Position numbers and translations under genes: made by a program. A DNA stretch of 64,000 nucleotides. It comes from Candidatus Makana argininalis. GTDB taxonomy: Bacteria; Pseudomonadota; Gammaproteobacteria; Enterobacterales; Enterobacteriaceae. Under the pieces are notes generated by a model. The model was not told the DNA's origin and ran no database searches. It worked only from the letters and a program-made list of their open reading frames with translations. Within the stretch, counting starts at the first letter, position 1, and every line of letters starts with the position of its first letter. Of this stretch, positions 29,930 through 39,101 are shown in pieces. The stretch covers positions 31,402 to 95,401 of the forward strand of contig JBISJU010000001.1 of assembly GCA_044442865.1 (NCBI GenBank), read 5' to 3'.

Positions 29930-31219
29930 ATGATAAATAAAAATTTATTAATTAATAATATTAATATAATATCAAAAAAATTATATCGTAGAAATTTTAA
30001 TTTAAATAAAAAATTTATATTAAAAAAAGAAAATTTTAGAAAAAAATTACAAATTGAGACAGAGAGTATACAATATAAAATTAATTTTATATCTAAAAAA
30101 ATTAGTATTATAAAATCAAAAAAAAAAAATATAACTGTTTTATGTAAAAAAGTAAATAAATTAAATAAAAAATTAATATATATGAAATTATTATTAAAAT
30201 CCGTTCTAATTGAAATTAAAAATTATAATTTATCTATTCCTAATATACCTTGTGATAATGTTCCAAATGGTACTAATAAAAAAAATAATATAGAAATATA
30301 TAAATGGGGTAAACCAAAAAAATTTGATTTTAAAATATTAGATCATGTTAATATAGGTAAAAATTTAAAATGTATTAGTTTTAAAAAAGCAGTAAAATTA
30401 TCTGGATCTCGTTTTGTCGTTATGAATGGTAAAATAGCTCTTTTACATCGAGCTCTTTATCAATTTATGCTAGATGTACACATTACACAACATGGATATA
30501 TAGAATATTATTTACCATATTTAGTGAAAAAAAAATCTTTATATGGATCTGGACAACTCCCTAAATTTGAAAATGAATTATTTCATACTTATATTATTAA
30601 TGAAAAAAAAAATAAAAAAATGTATTATCTAATACCTACATCAGAAGTACCATTAAGTAATTTAATAAGAAATCAAATTATAGAAGAAAAAGCGTTACCA
30701 ATCAAAATGACTTCTCATACACCATGTTTTAGATCAGAAATAGGAGCTTACGGTAAAGACAAATATGGTTTAATGAGAATGCATCAATTTGATAAAGTAG
30801 AAATATTTCAAATTGTTAAACCCAGTAATTCTGTAAAAGCTTTAGAAGAAATAACAAATCATGCAGAAAAAATTTTACAATTACTTAATTTACCATATCG
30901 TAAAATTTTACTTTGTACTGGTGATATGGGTTTCACCTCTTGTAAAACTTATGATTTAGAAGTTTGGATACCTTCTCAAAATATTTATCGTGAAATATCT
31001 TCATGCTCACAAATAAATGATTTTCAATCAAGAAGAATGAAAATTAGATATCGTAAAAAATCTAATAATAAAATTAAATTTGTTCATACTTTAAATGCAT
31101 CTGCTTTAGCAGTAGGAAGAACATTAATTGCAGTTATAGAAAATTATCAATTACCTTGTGGACATATAAAAATACCTAATGTACTTAAAAAGTATATGAA
31201 TGGTTTTAAAAAAATTTAA
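29930..31219 (+). CDS. serS: seryl-tRNA synthetase
   Basis: 429-aa ORF. N-terminal coiled-coil arm and class-II motifs ([31 protein letters not shown]). Confidence 0.95.
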   Translation: MINKNLLINNINIISKKLYRRNFNLNKKFILKKENFRKKLQIETESIQYKINFISKKISIIKSKKKNITVLCKKVNKLNKKLIYMKLLLKSVLIEIKNYNLSIPNIPCDNVPNGTNKKNNIEIYKWGKPKKFDFKILDHVNIGKNLKCISFKKAVKLSGSRFVVMNGKIALLHRALYQFMLDVHITQHGYIEYYLPYLVKKKSLYGSGQLPKFENELFHTYIINEKKNKKMYYLIPTSEVPLSNLIRNQIIEEKALPIKMTSHTPCFRSEIGAYGKDKYGLMRMHQFDKVEIFQIVKPSNSVKALEEITNHAEKILQLLNLPYRKILLCTGDMGFTSCKTYDLEVWIPSQNIYREISSCSQINDFQSRRMKIRYRKKSNNKIKFVHTLNASALAVGRTLIAVIENYQLPCGHIKIPNVLKKYMNGFKKI

Positions 31220-31342
31220 TTTTATTTAAAATAAATAATTAAATTAAAAATGATATAATGATTTATTATTAAATTAATTAAATTAATTAAATTAATTAAA
31301 ATAAAATATTTAATTAAATTTTTGAAAAACTAAAATAATAAT

Positions 31343-32299
31343 ATGTCTAAACTAGATAACATTAAATTAATAATATTGGGATCTGGTCCTGCTGGTTACA
31401 CAGCATCAATTTATGCATCTAGAGCAAATCTTAATCCTGTTTTAATTACAGGAAGTAATCCAGGTGGACAATTAAATATAAATACTTTAATAGAAAATTG
31501 GCCAGGTGATGTAAATAAATTAACAGGATTTGAATTAATGCATAGGATGAATAATCATGCACTAAAATTCAATACAAACATTATTTTTGATAACATAATA
31601 AAGACTGATTTTAGTGTAAACCCTTTTTTAATTATTGGAGAAAAATCAGAATATACATGTGATTCTTTGATAATAGCAACAGGATCTTCAGCGAAATTTT
31701 TAGGTTTAAAATCAGAATTATTTTATAAAGGAAAAGGCTTATCTACTTGTTCAACATGTGATGGTTTTTTATACAAAAATAAAAAAGTTGCAATAGTAGG
31801 AGGGGGTAATTCTGCTGTAGAATCAGCACTTTATTTATCTAAAATATCTAAAGAAGTTAATTTAATACACAGAAGTAATATTTTTAGAGCTGAAAAAATT
31901 CTTATGGATAGATTAAATGATAAAATCAAAAACAAAAATATTATATTACATACAAATAAAATTGTTAAAAAAATTATTGGAAATAATATTTGTGTTACAG
32001 GTTTAAAATTAAAAAATCAAAATAACAATAAATATGAATTTTTAAACATTGAAGGAGTTTTTATTTCAATAGGTCATACACCTAATACTTCTGTTTTTAA
32101 ATCACAACTTGAGCTTAGTAACGGATATATATCGGTCAACAAAAATAATAGAAATAGATTTACTGCTACATCAATAAAAGGAATATTTGCAGCAGGTGAT
32201 GTAATTGATAAATTTTATAAACAAGCAATTACTGCTGCTGGTTATGGATGCATGGCGGCTTTAGATGCTGAACGTTATTTGAACGAAAAAAATGATTGA
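31343..32299 (+). CDS. trxB: thioredoxin reductase
   Basis: 318-aa [15 protein letters not shown] motif, redox [19 protein letters not shown] motif. It is the only gene in the window ending in TGA. Confidence 0.95.
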   Translation: MSKLDNIKLIILGSGPAGYTASIYASRANLNPVLITGSNPGGQLNINTLIENWPGDVNKLTGFELMHRMNNHALKFNTNIIFDNIIKTDFSVNPFLIIGEKSEYTCDSLIIATGSSAKFLGLKSELFYKGKGLSTCSTCDGFLYKNKKVAIVGGGNSAVESALYLSKISKEVNLIHRSNIFRAEKILMDRLNDKIKNKNIILHTNKIVKKIIGNNICVTGLKLKNQNNNKYEFLNIEGVFISIGHTPNTSVFKSQLELSNGYISVNKNNRNRFTATSIKGIFAAGDVIDKFYKQAITAAGYGCMAALDAERYLNEKND

Positions 32300-32369
32300 C
32301 TCAAATGGTTATAAATAATTTAATTAAATTTAATTTTTTTTTAAAAAATATTTTAAAATAAAGGATTAT

Positions 32370-32588
32370 ATGTCTAAAAATCACAATTTCGAAATAAAAG
32401 GCACTGTTATTGAAACATTACCAAATACTATGTTTAAAGTAGAGTTAGATAATAAACATATTGTAATTGCTCATATTTCAGGTAAAATGAGAAAAAATTA
32501 TATAAGAATATTAAATGGAGATAAAGTTATAGTTGAGGTTACACCATATGATATAAATAAAGGAAGAATAATATTTAGGAATAAATAA
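32370..32588 (+). CDS. infA: translation initiation factor IF-1
   Basis: 72-aa [41 protein letters not shown] is nearly identical to E. coli IF1. Confidence 0.96.
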   Translation: MSKNHNFEIKGTVIETLPNTMFKVELDNKHIVIAHISGKMRKNYIRILNGDKVIVEVTPYDINKGRIIFRNK

Positions 32589-32683
32589 ATCATTTATAAA
32601 ACCAAATTATTTAAATAATAAAATTATTTTTTTAAAAAAATAATTTTATTATTTAAATAATTTGGTTTTATAAATGATTTATT
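32584..32683. repeat. 100-bp perfect loopless palindrome (two 50-bp arms, centre T7/A7)
   Basis: Every position p in 32584-32633 is complementary to position 65267-p. The right arm encodes the last ~19 codons of tsaB. The left arm starts inside the last sense codon of infA. Confidence 0.95.
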
Positions 32684-33310
32684 ATCATATTCTTTTCTAA
32701 TATATTTATTTAACGCAATAGGTATCATATCTTTTGCTTTTGGAAAATTGTATTTTCCAGAAAATATATTGATTTTTTTATTTAATTTAAATGTTATATT
32801 TTTCCATCCTATTCCAGATATAGACCAAAAACCTTTTAAATTTAAAAAAATATTTTCTATTTTTTTTATTTTTAAAAAAAATTCTTGATTATTTAATTTC
32901 CATATATTTTTTTTACGTTGATATTCAGCCCAATAAAATTCTCCTATGTTGGATTTTATCAATGTTAGTACTTTACATGATCCTGTTTTTCTCCATGCTC
33001 CCTCAGCCAAAGTGTTTAAATTAGAAACACCAATTATAGGTATGTTTTGTGATATTGATAATCCATATGCAATTCCTATCCCAATTCTTATTCCATTAAA
33101 ACTCCCCGGTCCTTTGCTAACAGCAATTATATTTATTTTTTTTAAATTCATGTCAAATTTATATAATAATCTATCTATCATTTTAAGAATATATTTCATA
33201 TGTGCATAAGGTGAAATTATAAAATAATCTAAAATAATATTTTTGTAATTCATAATTGCAACTGAACAAGCCTCTGTGGAAGTATTTATAGATAAAATAT
33301 TAATTGACAT
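32624..33310 (-). CDS. tsaB: tRNA threonylcarbamoyladenosine biosynthesis protein TsaB (YeaZ)
   Basis: The ORF runs to 33328, but the second ATG (33310) is preceded by AAAAGG and gives MSINILSINTSTEACSVAIM, matching E. coli MRILAIDTATEACSVALW. The C-terminus PNYLNNKIIFLKK matches PVYLRNEVAWKKL. Confidence 0.85.
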   Translation of the reverse strand: MSINILSINTSTEACSVAIMNYKNIILDYFIISPYAHMKYILKMIDRLLYKFDMNLKKINIIAVSKGPGSFNGIRIGIGIAYGLSISQNIPIIGVSNLNTLAEGAWRKTGSCKVLTLIKSNIGEFYWAEYQRKKNIWKLNNQEFFLKIKKIENIFLNLKGFWSISGIGWKNITFKLNKKINIFSGKYNFPKAKDMIPIALNKYIRKEYDNKSFIKPNYLNNKIIFLKK

Positions 33311-33378
33311 ATAAAACCTTTTAATCATTTTATTTATATATTAAATTAATATATAATATTTATTAATCATAATTTTAT

Positions 33379-33406
33379 AAAAAACCGGGTAAACTAACCC
33401 CGGTTT
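33379..33406 (-). terminator. intrinsic terminator downstream of manZ
   Basis: The minus-strand RNA reads AAACCGGG-GUUAGUUUA-CCCGGUUU followed by further U residues. It has a GC core in otherwise pure A/T DNA and lies 9 nt after the manZ stop. Confidence 0.6.
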
Positions 33407-33414
33407 ATAATATC

Positions 33415-34251
33415 TTATAAACCAAGAAAACCTAACCAATATCCAAATATACTTAAAACAAAAAACATTATTATAATAAACAATGAATTTATTCTTTTTT
33501 TTAATAACCACATACATAATAATGTAATAAGTAAAGGGATTAATCCAGGAATTATTTGATCTAAAATAATTTGTATTGTTATTTTTTTTTCATTTGTTAT
33601 ATTATTAGATAAGACAAATGGAATATTAACATGAGTCCATTTATTAACTAAAACACCCATAATAAATAAACCTAAAATAGAAGCACCTTCTGTTATTTTT
33701 TTAAAAAATTGATTTCCTATATTATTTATTATTTTTATACCATGTTTATATCCATAAAGAATACCATAATATCTAAAACACAATCTCACCAAATTAAATG
33801 TTATAAAAAACAATAAAGGCCCCATTAAATTTCCATTTATTGATAAACCAGCTCCAATAGCTGACAATAAAGGTCTTATTGTACCCCAAAAAATTGGATC
33901 TCCTATACCGGCTAATGGACCCATTAAACCAATTTTAATGCTATTTATAGATGAATCTTTAATTAAATATCCGTTAGCTCTTTGTTCTTCCATAGCTATG
34001 GTAACACCTAATATAGGAGCTGATACATAAGGATGGGTATTAAAAAATTCTAAATGACGTTTCATTGCTAATATTAAATCATTTTTATTTTTAGAATATA
34101 AACGTTTAATAATTGGCACTATTGAAAAACAAAAACCTAGAGATTGCATTCTTTCAAAATTCCATGAACCTTGAAAAAAATTAGATCTAATAAAAACCTT
34201 TAAAATATCAATTGATGTTATTTTTTTTTTGTATTTATTTAATTTATTCAT
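33415..34251 (-). CDS. manZ: mannose PTS EIID component
   Basis: 278-aa membrane ORF. FERMQSLGFCFS, HLEFFNTHP and GPLAGIGD match ManZ. Last gene of manXYZ. Confidence 0.9.
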   Translation of the reverse strand: MNKLNKYKKKITSIDILKVFIRSNFFQGSWNFERMQSLGFCFSIVPIIKRLYSKNKNDLILAMKRHLEFFNTHPYVSAPILGVTIAMEEQRANGYLIKDSSINSIKIGLMGPLAGIGDPIFWGTIRPLLSAIGAGLSINGNLMGPLLFFITFNLVRLCFRYYGILYGYKHGIKIINNIGNQFFKKITEGASILGLFIMGVLVNKWTHVNIPFVLSNNITNEKKITIQIILDQIIPGLIPLLITLLCMWLLKKRINSLFIIIMFFVLSIFGYWLGFLGL

Positions 34252-34267
34252 TATATTTATATCCTTA

Positions 34268-35071
34268 TTAATCTAATTCATTGTCTAAATCAATAGATTT
34301 TTTTTTAGATATATTTTTTTTTTTAAAATTATTAAAATATTTTGGATTTAATTGAATATAAATTATTGACATTATTATACCTATCATACCAAATGATACT
34401 AAATTAAATTTAGAAAATGATGCTATTACAAAACCAAGATAAAAAAACGGCATTAAATATCCAGATTTCATCATATTAATAACCATAGCATATCCAACAA
34501 TAACTATTATACCCCCTGAAACATTTAATCCATTTGTAATTACTTCAGGAATTGATTCAAGTATTTTTTTTACTAAATTTGTTTTTAAAGAAATTCCAAT
34601 AATTACAGACGGAATTGCTATCCTCATTGCTTGAAGTATTAGAGCAGATAAATGTATTAATGTTATTAATTTTATATTTCCATTACTCGCTGCTTTATCA
34701 GCAGCATGTTGAAAAGCAATATTTATAGTACGGATTATTATTGTTAATAATTGTCCTGTAGCTGCTAGTGGAATAGCTAAAGCAATACCTGAACCTATTG
34801 TCTGATTTCCAGATATAACTAATATAGTAGAAATAATAGAAGCTAATGATGAATCCGGGGACATTGATGCACCTACATTCATCCATCCTAAAGTCATCAT
34901 TTCCAAAGTTCCTCCTATTATAGTACCTGTTTTTATATCACCTAATATCAAACCAATTAAACTGCATGATATTATAGGTCTATGAAATTGAAATTCATCT
35001 AAAATAGATTCTATTCCTGAAATACAAGAAAATAAAAAAATAAATAAAATTTTAATTGTACTAATATTCAT
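34268..35071 (-). CDS. manY: mannose PTS EIIC component
   Basis: 267-aa polytopic ORF between manX and manZ. The GxLEMMTLGWMNVGA-type motif is typical of ManY. Confidence 0.9.
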   Translation of the reverse strand: MNISTIKILFIFLFSCISGIESILDEFQFHRPIISCSLIGLILGDIKTGTIIGGTLEMMTLGWMNVGASMSPDSSLASIISTILVISGNQTIGSGIALAIPLAATGQLLTIIIRTINIAFQHAADKAASNGNIKLITLIHLSALILQAMRIAIPSVIIGISLKTNLVKKILESIPEVITNGLNVSGGIIVIVGYAMVINMMKSGYLMPFFYLGFVIASFSKFNLVSFGMIGIIMSIIYIQLNPKYFNNFKKKNISKKKSIDLDNELD

Positions 35072-35089
35072 AAAATATTCCTTTAAATT

Positions 35090-36043
35090 TTAATAAATTG
35101 ATAAGTTTTTAATTAAATCTATTAAATTTAATGAATTATCTTTATATACTTTTCTTACTTCTAATTCAATTCCTAATTTATTTAGTTTTTTAAAAGCAAT
35201 AATATCTTTTTTATCAACAGAAATAGCATTATTAATTTGAATTTTATTTTTATTATAAGACATTCCACCAATGTTAATGGATTTAATTTGTATTCCTTTT
35301 TCTATTACACTTAAAACATCAGATGGATTATTAAATAATAACATAACTCTATCATTAGAATATTTAGGATTATGGAATACTCTAACAGCTTTTTCTATAT
35401 TAACAACATGTGATGTTATTCCTGGAGGAGATACTTGGATAAGTAATTTTTTTCTATTTTCATCAGAATCAACTTCATCACTAACTACAATAATTCTATT
35501 TATTTTAATTTCTTTAGTCCATGAAGTTACTACTTGACCATGAATTAATCTATCATCAATTCTAACTAAAACAATATTCATAAAATTTTTATTTTTATTT
35601 ATTTTATTTTTAAAAATTAAAGAATTTTCTTTTTTATTTTTTTTTTTTAAATCTTTTAAAGTTTTTATTCCTTTTTTACCTGTTTTAATAGATATTAATA
35701 TTAATTCTTTTAAAGAAGTAATTTTATCTCTCGACATAAATACTTCTATTAACATTGGTATATTAACTCCAGAGACAACTTCGTAATTTTTATTACTAAT
35801 TGTAATACGACTTGCTGCATTAAAAGGACTGCCCCCCCATATATCAACAAAAAAAATAATCCCATTATTAATCGATAATTTTTTTATACATAAATTATAT
35901 TTTTTAAATAAATTTTCAGAACTTTCACCAGAAATAAAATCAACACATTTGACATTTTTTTGCTTTCCTAATATCATTTCCACTGTATTCAACATATATT
36001 TTGCAGATAAACCATGAGTGCTAATTATTATAGCAATACTCAT
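35090..36043 (-). CDS. manX: mannose PTS EIIAB component
   Basis: 317-aa ORF. MSIAIIISTHG (IIA His10) and VRIDDRLIHGQV (IIB His) are both present. Confidence 0.92.
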   Translation of the reverse strand: MSIAIIISTHGLSAKYMLNTVEMILGKQKNVKCVDFISGESSENLFKKYNLCIKKLSINNGIIFFVDIWGGSPFNAASRITISNKNYEVVSGVNIPMLIEVFMSRDKITSLKELILISIKTGKKGIKTLKDLKKKNKKENSLIFKNKINKNKNFMNIVLVRIDDRLIHGQVVTSWTKEIKINRIIVVSDEVDSDENRKKLLIQVSPPGITSHVVNIEKAVRVFHNPKYSNDRVMLLFNNPSDVLSVIEKGIQIKSINIGGMSYNKNKIQINNAISVDKKDIIAFKKLNKLGIELEVRKVYKDNSLNLIDLIKNLSIY

Positions 36044-36249
36044 TTATTTTTCCTTTTAAATTTTTTAATTAAAATTAAATAATTTAATTATAAATATTTT
36101 AATTTAAATAATTTTTAATGTATGTAAATTTAATAATAATATTTTTGATATATTTGTATACAAAATATATATAAATATATATAATATTTAGATATATTAA
36201 TAATATTAATTATTAAAAATTAATTTTAAATACTACACAAGAGATAATT

Positions 36250-36669
36250 TTGAAAAAATTATCAAGACGTCGTGCTAGAGTATATATAGTACAAGCACTT
36301 TATTCTTGGCAATTGTCAAAAAATAATATCTATTATATAGAAAAACAATTTATATCTAAATTAAATTTTATGCACGAAGATTTAAAATATTTTAAAGAAA
36401 TATATTTAGGTGTTGTTAAAAATGTTAAATTTTTAGATAAAATAATAAAATCTCATATATTAATAAATATTAAATCAATAGGTCAAGTAGAAATTGCAAT
36501 ATTAAGAACTGCTTTATTTGAATTATTTAAAAGAAAAGATATTCCATATAAAGTATCAATTAATGAAGCAATAGAAATAGTTAAAATATATGGATCAGAA
36601 CAAAGTTATAAATTAATTAATGTAATTTTAGATAAAGCATCATCTCAAATTCGTTTATTTAAAAAATAA
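36250..36669 (+). CDS. nusB: transcription antitermination factor NusB
   Basis: 139-aa ORF with a TTG start. RRRARVYIVQALYSWQLS and VPYKVSINEAIE match NusB. Confidence 0.92.
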   Translation: MKKLSRRRARVYIVQALYSWQLSKNNIYYIEKQFISKLNFMHEDLKYFKEIYLGVVKNVKFLDKIIKSHILINIKSIGQVEIAILRTALFELFKRKDIPYKVSINEAIEIVKIYGSEQSYKLINVILDKASSQIRLFKK

Positions 36670-36987
36670 TTAATTCATATTTTTATTAGATAAAACTTGT
36701 AAACTAATTATTTTAGATAATTCATCTAATAAAGGATGTTCAGGGTGAATAATAAAAGATTCATATCTAATTTGAGCTTCTGCTAAATAAGCATTAATTT
36801 GTTTTCCATCCTCACTTTCCATAATAACATGATACCATGGATAAAATCTTAATTCTTCTTCATATGAAATATCATCAGATTTAGGTTTTTCCAAAGAATA
36901 CTCAGGGTCTACATCTATAATAACACCTAAATACCCAAGCATTCTGTGCCTAATTTGTTGACCTATTCCAAATTTACTATATATCAT
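36670..36987 (-). CDS. hspQ: heat-shock protein HspQ (YccV)
   Basis: 105-aa ORF. SKFGIGQQIRHRMLGYLGVIIDVDPEYS...PWYHVIMESEDG...YLAEAQ is collinear with E. coli HspQ. Its stop codon abuts the nusB stop with zero spacing. Confidence 0.88.
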   Translation of the reverse strand: MIYSKFGIGQQIRHRMLGYLGVIIDVDPEYSLEKPKSDDISYEEELRFYPWYHVIMESEDGKQINAYLAEAQIRYESFIIHPEHPLLDELSKIISLQVLSNKNMN

Positions 36988-38063
36988 ATTTTTTCCTTAT
37001 AACATTATATTAAAAATAATCGTTTTTTAAATAAAACCAATGTATGATTTTTTATCATATGCTATTATTTATATATATCATATATTTTAAATTTAGATTT
37101 TTTACGTTTATAAATATAATAAAAATATGTTTTCATTTAATTTAAACAATTAAAGTATTTATATATTATATTTATAATATTAATATATTTTTAAAATTTT
37201 TAAATTTTTTTTTTATGTTTGTTAATTAACACTTATTTATAATATAATTATTTGTATCTCTATATGTTTAAATAACTAAATCAAATAAATCATCACTGAA
37301 ATTAAAATATTTTATTAAAAATTAAAATTTTTAAATACTTTAGTATATATAATTATATTAAATATATTTAATTTTTAAATTTGTTTAGTAATATTAAAAA
37401 TATATAATTTATTGACACTGACTAATAACTATAATTATTTTATAATCATTATAACATATTTATATCTTTTAAAAAATGAAATATATTTAATTTATTCATA
37501 TATTATTAAAATTTAATTATATTAAAAATATAAATTAATAATTATAAACATATCAAAATATTTTATACTATTATTAATTTTTTTAAAAATAAACTTTTTT
37601 TAACTAATATTATACTAATTTTAATTAAATTAAAAATTTTTTATAAATAACAAAATATTTTGATATATAATTTTTTGATTTACTAAAAATATTGAATATA
37701 AATATGTTTTCAATATTTTTTTTAATATATTTTGTAAATAAATTAAAAGAATTACTATAAATCATTTTAATACATATTTATTTAATATATTTAAAATATA
37801 AATTTTTAATAAATTAATAATTTATAATAGTTATAAATTATTAATGTATATATTTTTTTTAAACAAAAATTAATTTTTGTTTTCAAATTTTTTTATAAAT
37901 TTTTAAAATATTAAATTTCATTTTAATTATAAATATAAAATAATATAAATTATTTTAAAATAACTTTAATTTAATTTAAATTATTTAATTTATAATAAAT
38001 AAATTTTATTTTATTTGTAAAATTTAAAAAATTAAATAAATTCATATAAATATTTTATAATAT

Positions 38064-38303
38064 TTATTTTTTTAATTTAAATTTTATACAATTAATTGCT
38101 TCTTTTATTGTAGTAATTTGTTCAAATTCTTCATCTTTAATTTCTAAATTAAAATTTTCTTCTAAAGATATTATTAATTCTATAATATCAAGAGAATCAG
38201 CACCTAAATCTTTAATAAATGATGTATTATATGAAATACTTTTTGTGCTTACTCTAAATTGTTTAGAAATAATTTTTTTTATTTTGTCTTCTATTTTATG
38301 CAT
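38064..38303 (-). CDS. acpP: acyl carrier protein
   Basis: 79-aa ORF with the phosphopantetheine site DLGADSLD. Downstream of fabG. Confidence 0.95.
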   Translation of the reverse strand: MHKIEDKIKKIISKQFRVSTKSISYNTSFIKDLGADSLDIIELIISLEENFNLEIKDEEFEQITTIKEAINCIKFKLKK

Positions 38304-38357
38304 TATTAAATTCCAATTTATATGTTTTAATATTTAAAAAATTAAATAAATTTTATT

Positions 38358-39092
38358 TTAAATCAAACAAATTCCACCATTAACATTTATTACTTCACCA
38401 GTAATATAAGATGATTCTTCTGAAGCTAGAAAAATTACTAAACTTGATACTTCTTCAGGTAACCCAAACCTATTCATAGGTATTCTAGATAAAAAATATT
38501 TACGTTTATTTAATGTTAATGATTTTGTCATATCAGTAATTATAAATCCTGGAGATACAACATTTACTGTTATACCCATAGATGCAACTTCATAGGATAA
38601 TGATTTACTTAATCCAACTAAACCGGCTTTAGAAGCAGAATAATTTGATTGTCCAATATTTCCAATAAACCCAATAAAAGATCCTATATTTATTATTCTA
38701 CCATATTTTTTTCTCATCATAATTTTTATTATGTATTTAGATATTAAAAATACTGAATTTAAATTAATATCTATAACAGATTTCCAATCATTTTCTTTCA
38801 TATTTATTAATAATTTATCAAAAATAATACCGATGTTGTTAATTAATACATCTATATATCTAAATTTTATATTTATTTTTTTAAAAAAATTTTTAATTGA
38901 TTTTTTTTTAGATACATCTAATTTAATGCCTATTCCTTTTTTACCTAAAAATGTATTTATGAAATTTACTCCTGAAGAACTTTTAGATGTACCAATTATA
39001 AATGCATCTAATAGTAAAAATTTTTTAACTATTGAAAGACCAATTCCTTTTCTTGCACCAGTTATTAATATAATTTTATTTTTAAAATTCAT
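38358..39092 (-). CDS. fabG: 3-oxoacyl-ACP reductase
   Basis: 244-aa SDR. TGARKGIG, NYSASKAG (YxxxK), and C-terminal NGG. Confidence 0.94.
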   Translation of the reverse strand: MNFKNKIILITGARKGIGLSIVKKFLLLDAFIIGTSKSSSGVNFINTFLGKKGIGIKLDVSKKKSIKNFFKKINIKFRYIDVLINNIGIIFDKLLINMKENDWKSVIDINLNSVFLISKYIIKIMMRKKYGRIINIGSFIGFIGNIGQSNYSASKAGLVGLSKSLSYEVASMGITVNVVSPGFIITDMTKSLTLNKRKYFLSRIPMNRFGLPEEVSSLVIFLASEESSYITGEVINVNGGICLI

Positions 39093-39101
39093 TAAATATC
39101 C

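Noticed and set aside
31269-31300. 9-bp tandem repeat (TTAAATTAA, about 3.5 copies) between serS and trxB
   Set aside because: A short low-complexity microsatellite in pure A/T DNA, with no associated feature. Probably replication slippage noise.
36988-38063. The 1.07-kb desert as a replication origin or structured RNA gene
   Set aside because: No DnaA-box (TTATCCACA-like) clusters, no GATC arrays, and no conserved cores of rnpB, ssrA, ffs or 6S RNA were visible. G+C is too low to sustain conserved helices. A decayed fabF is the simpler reading.
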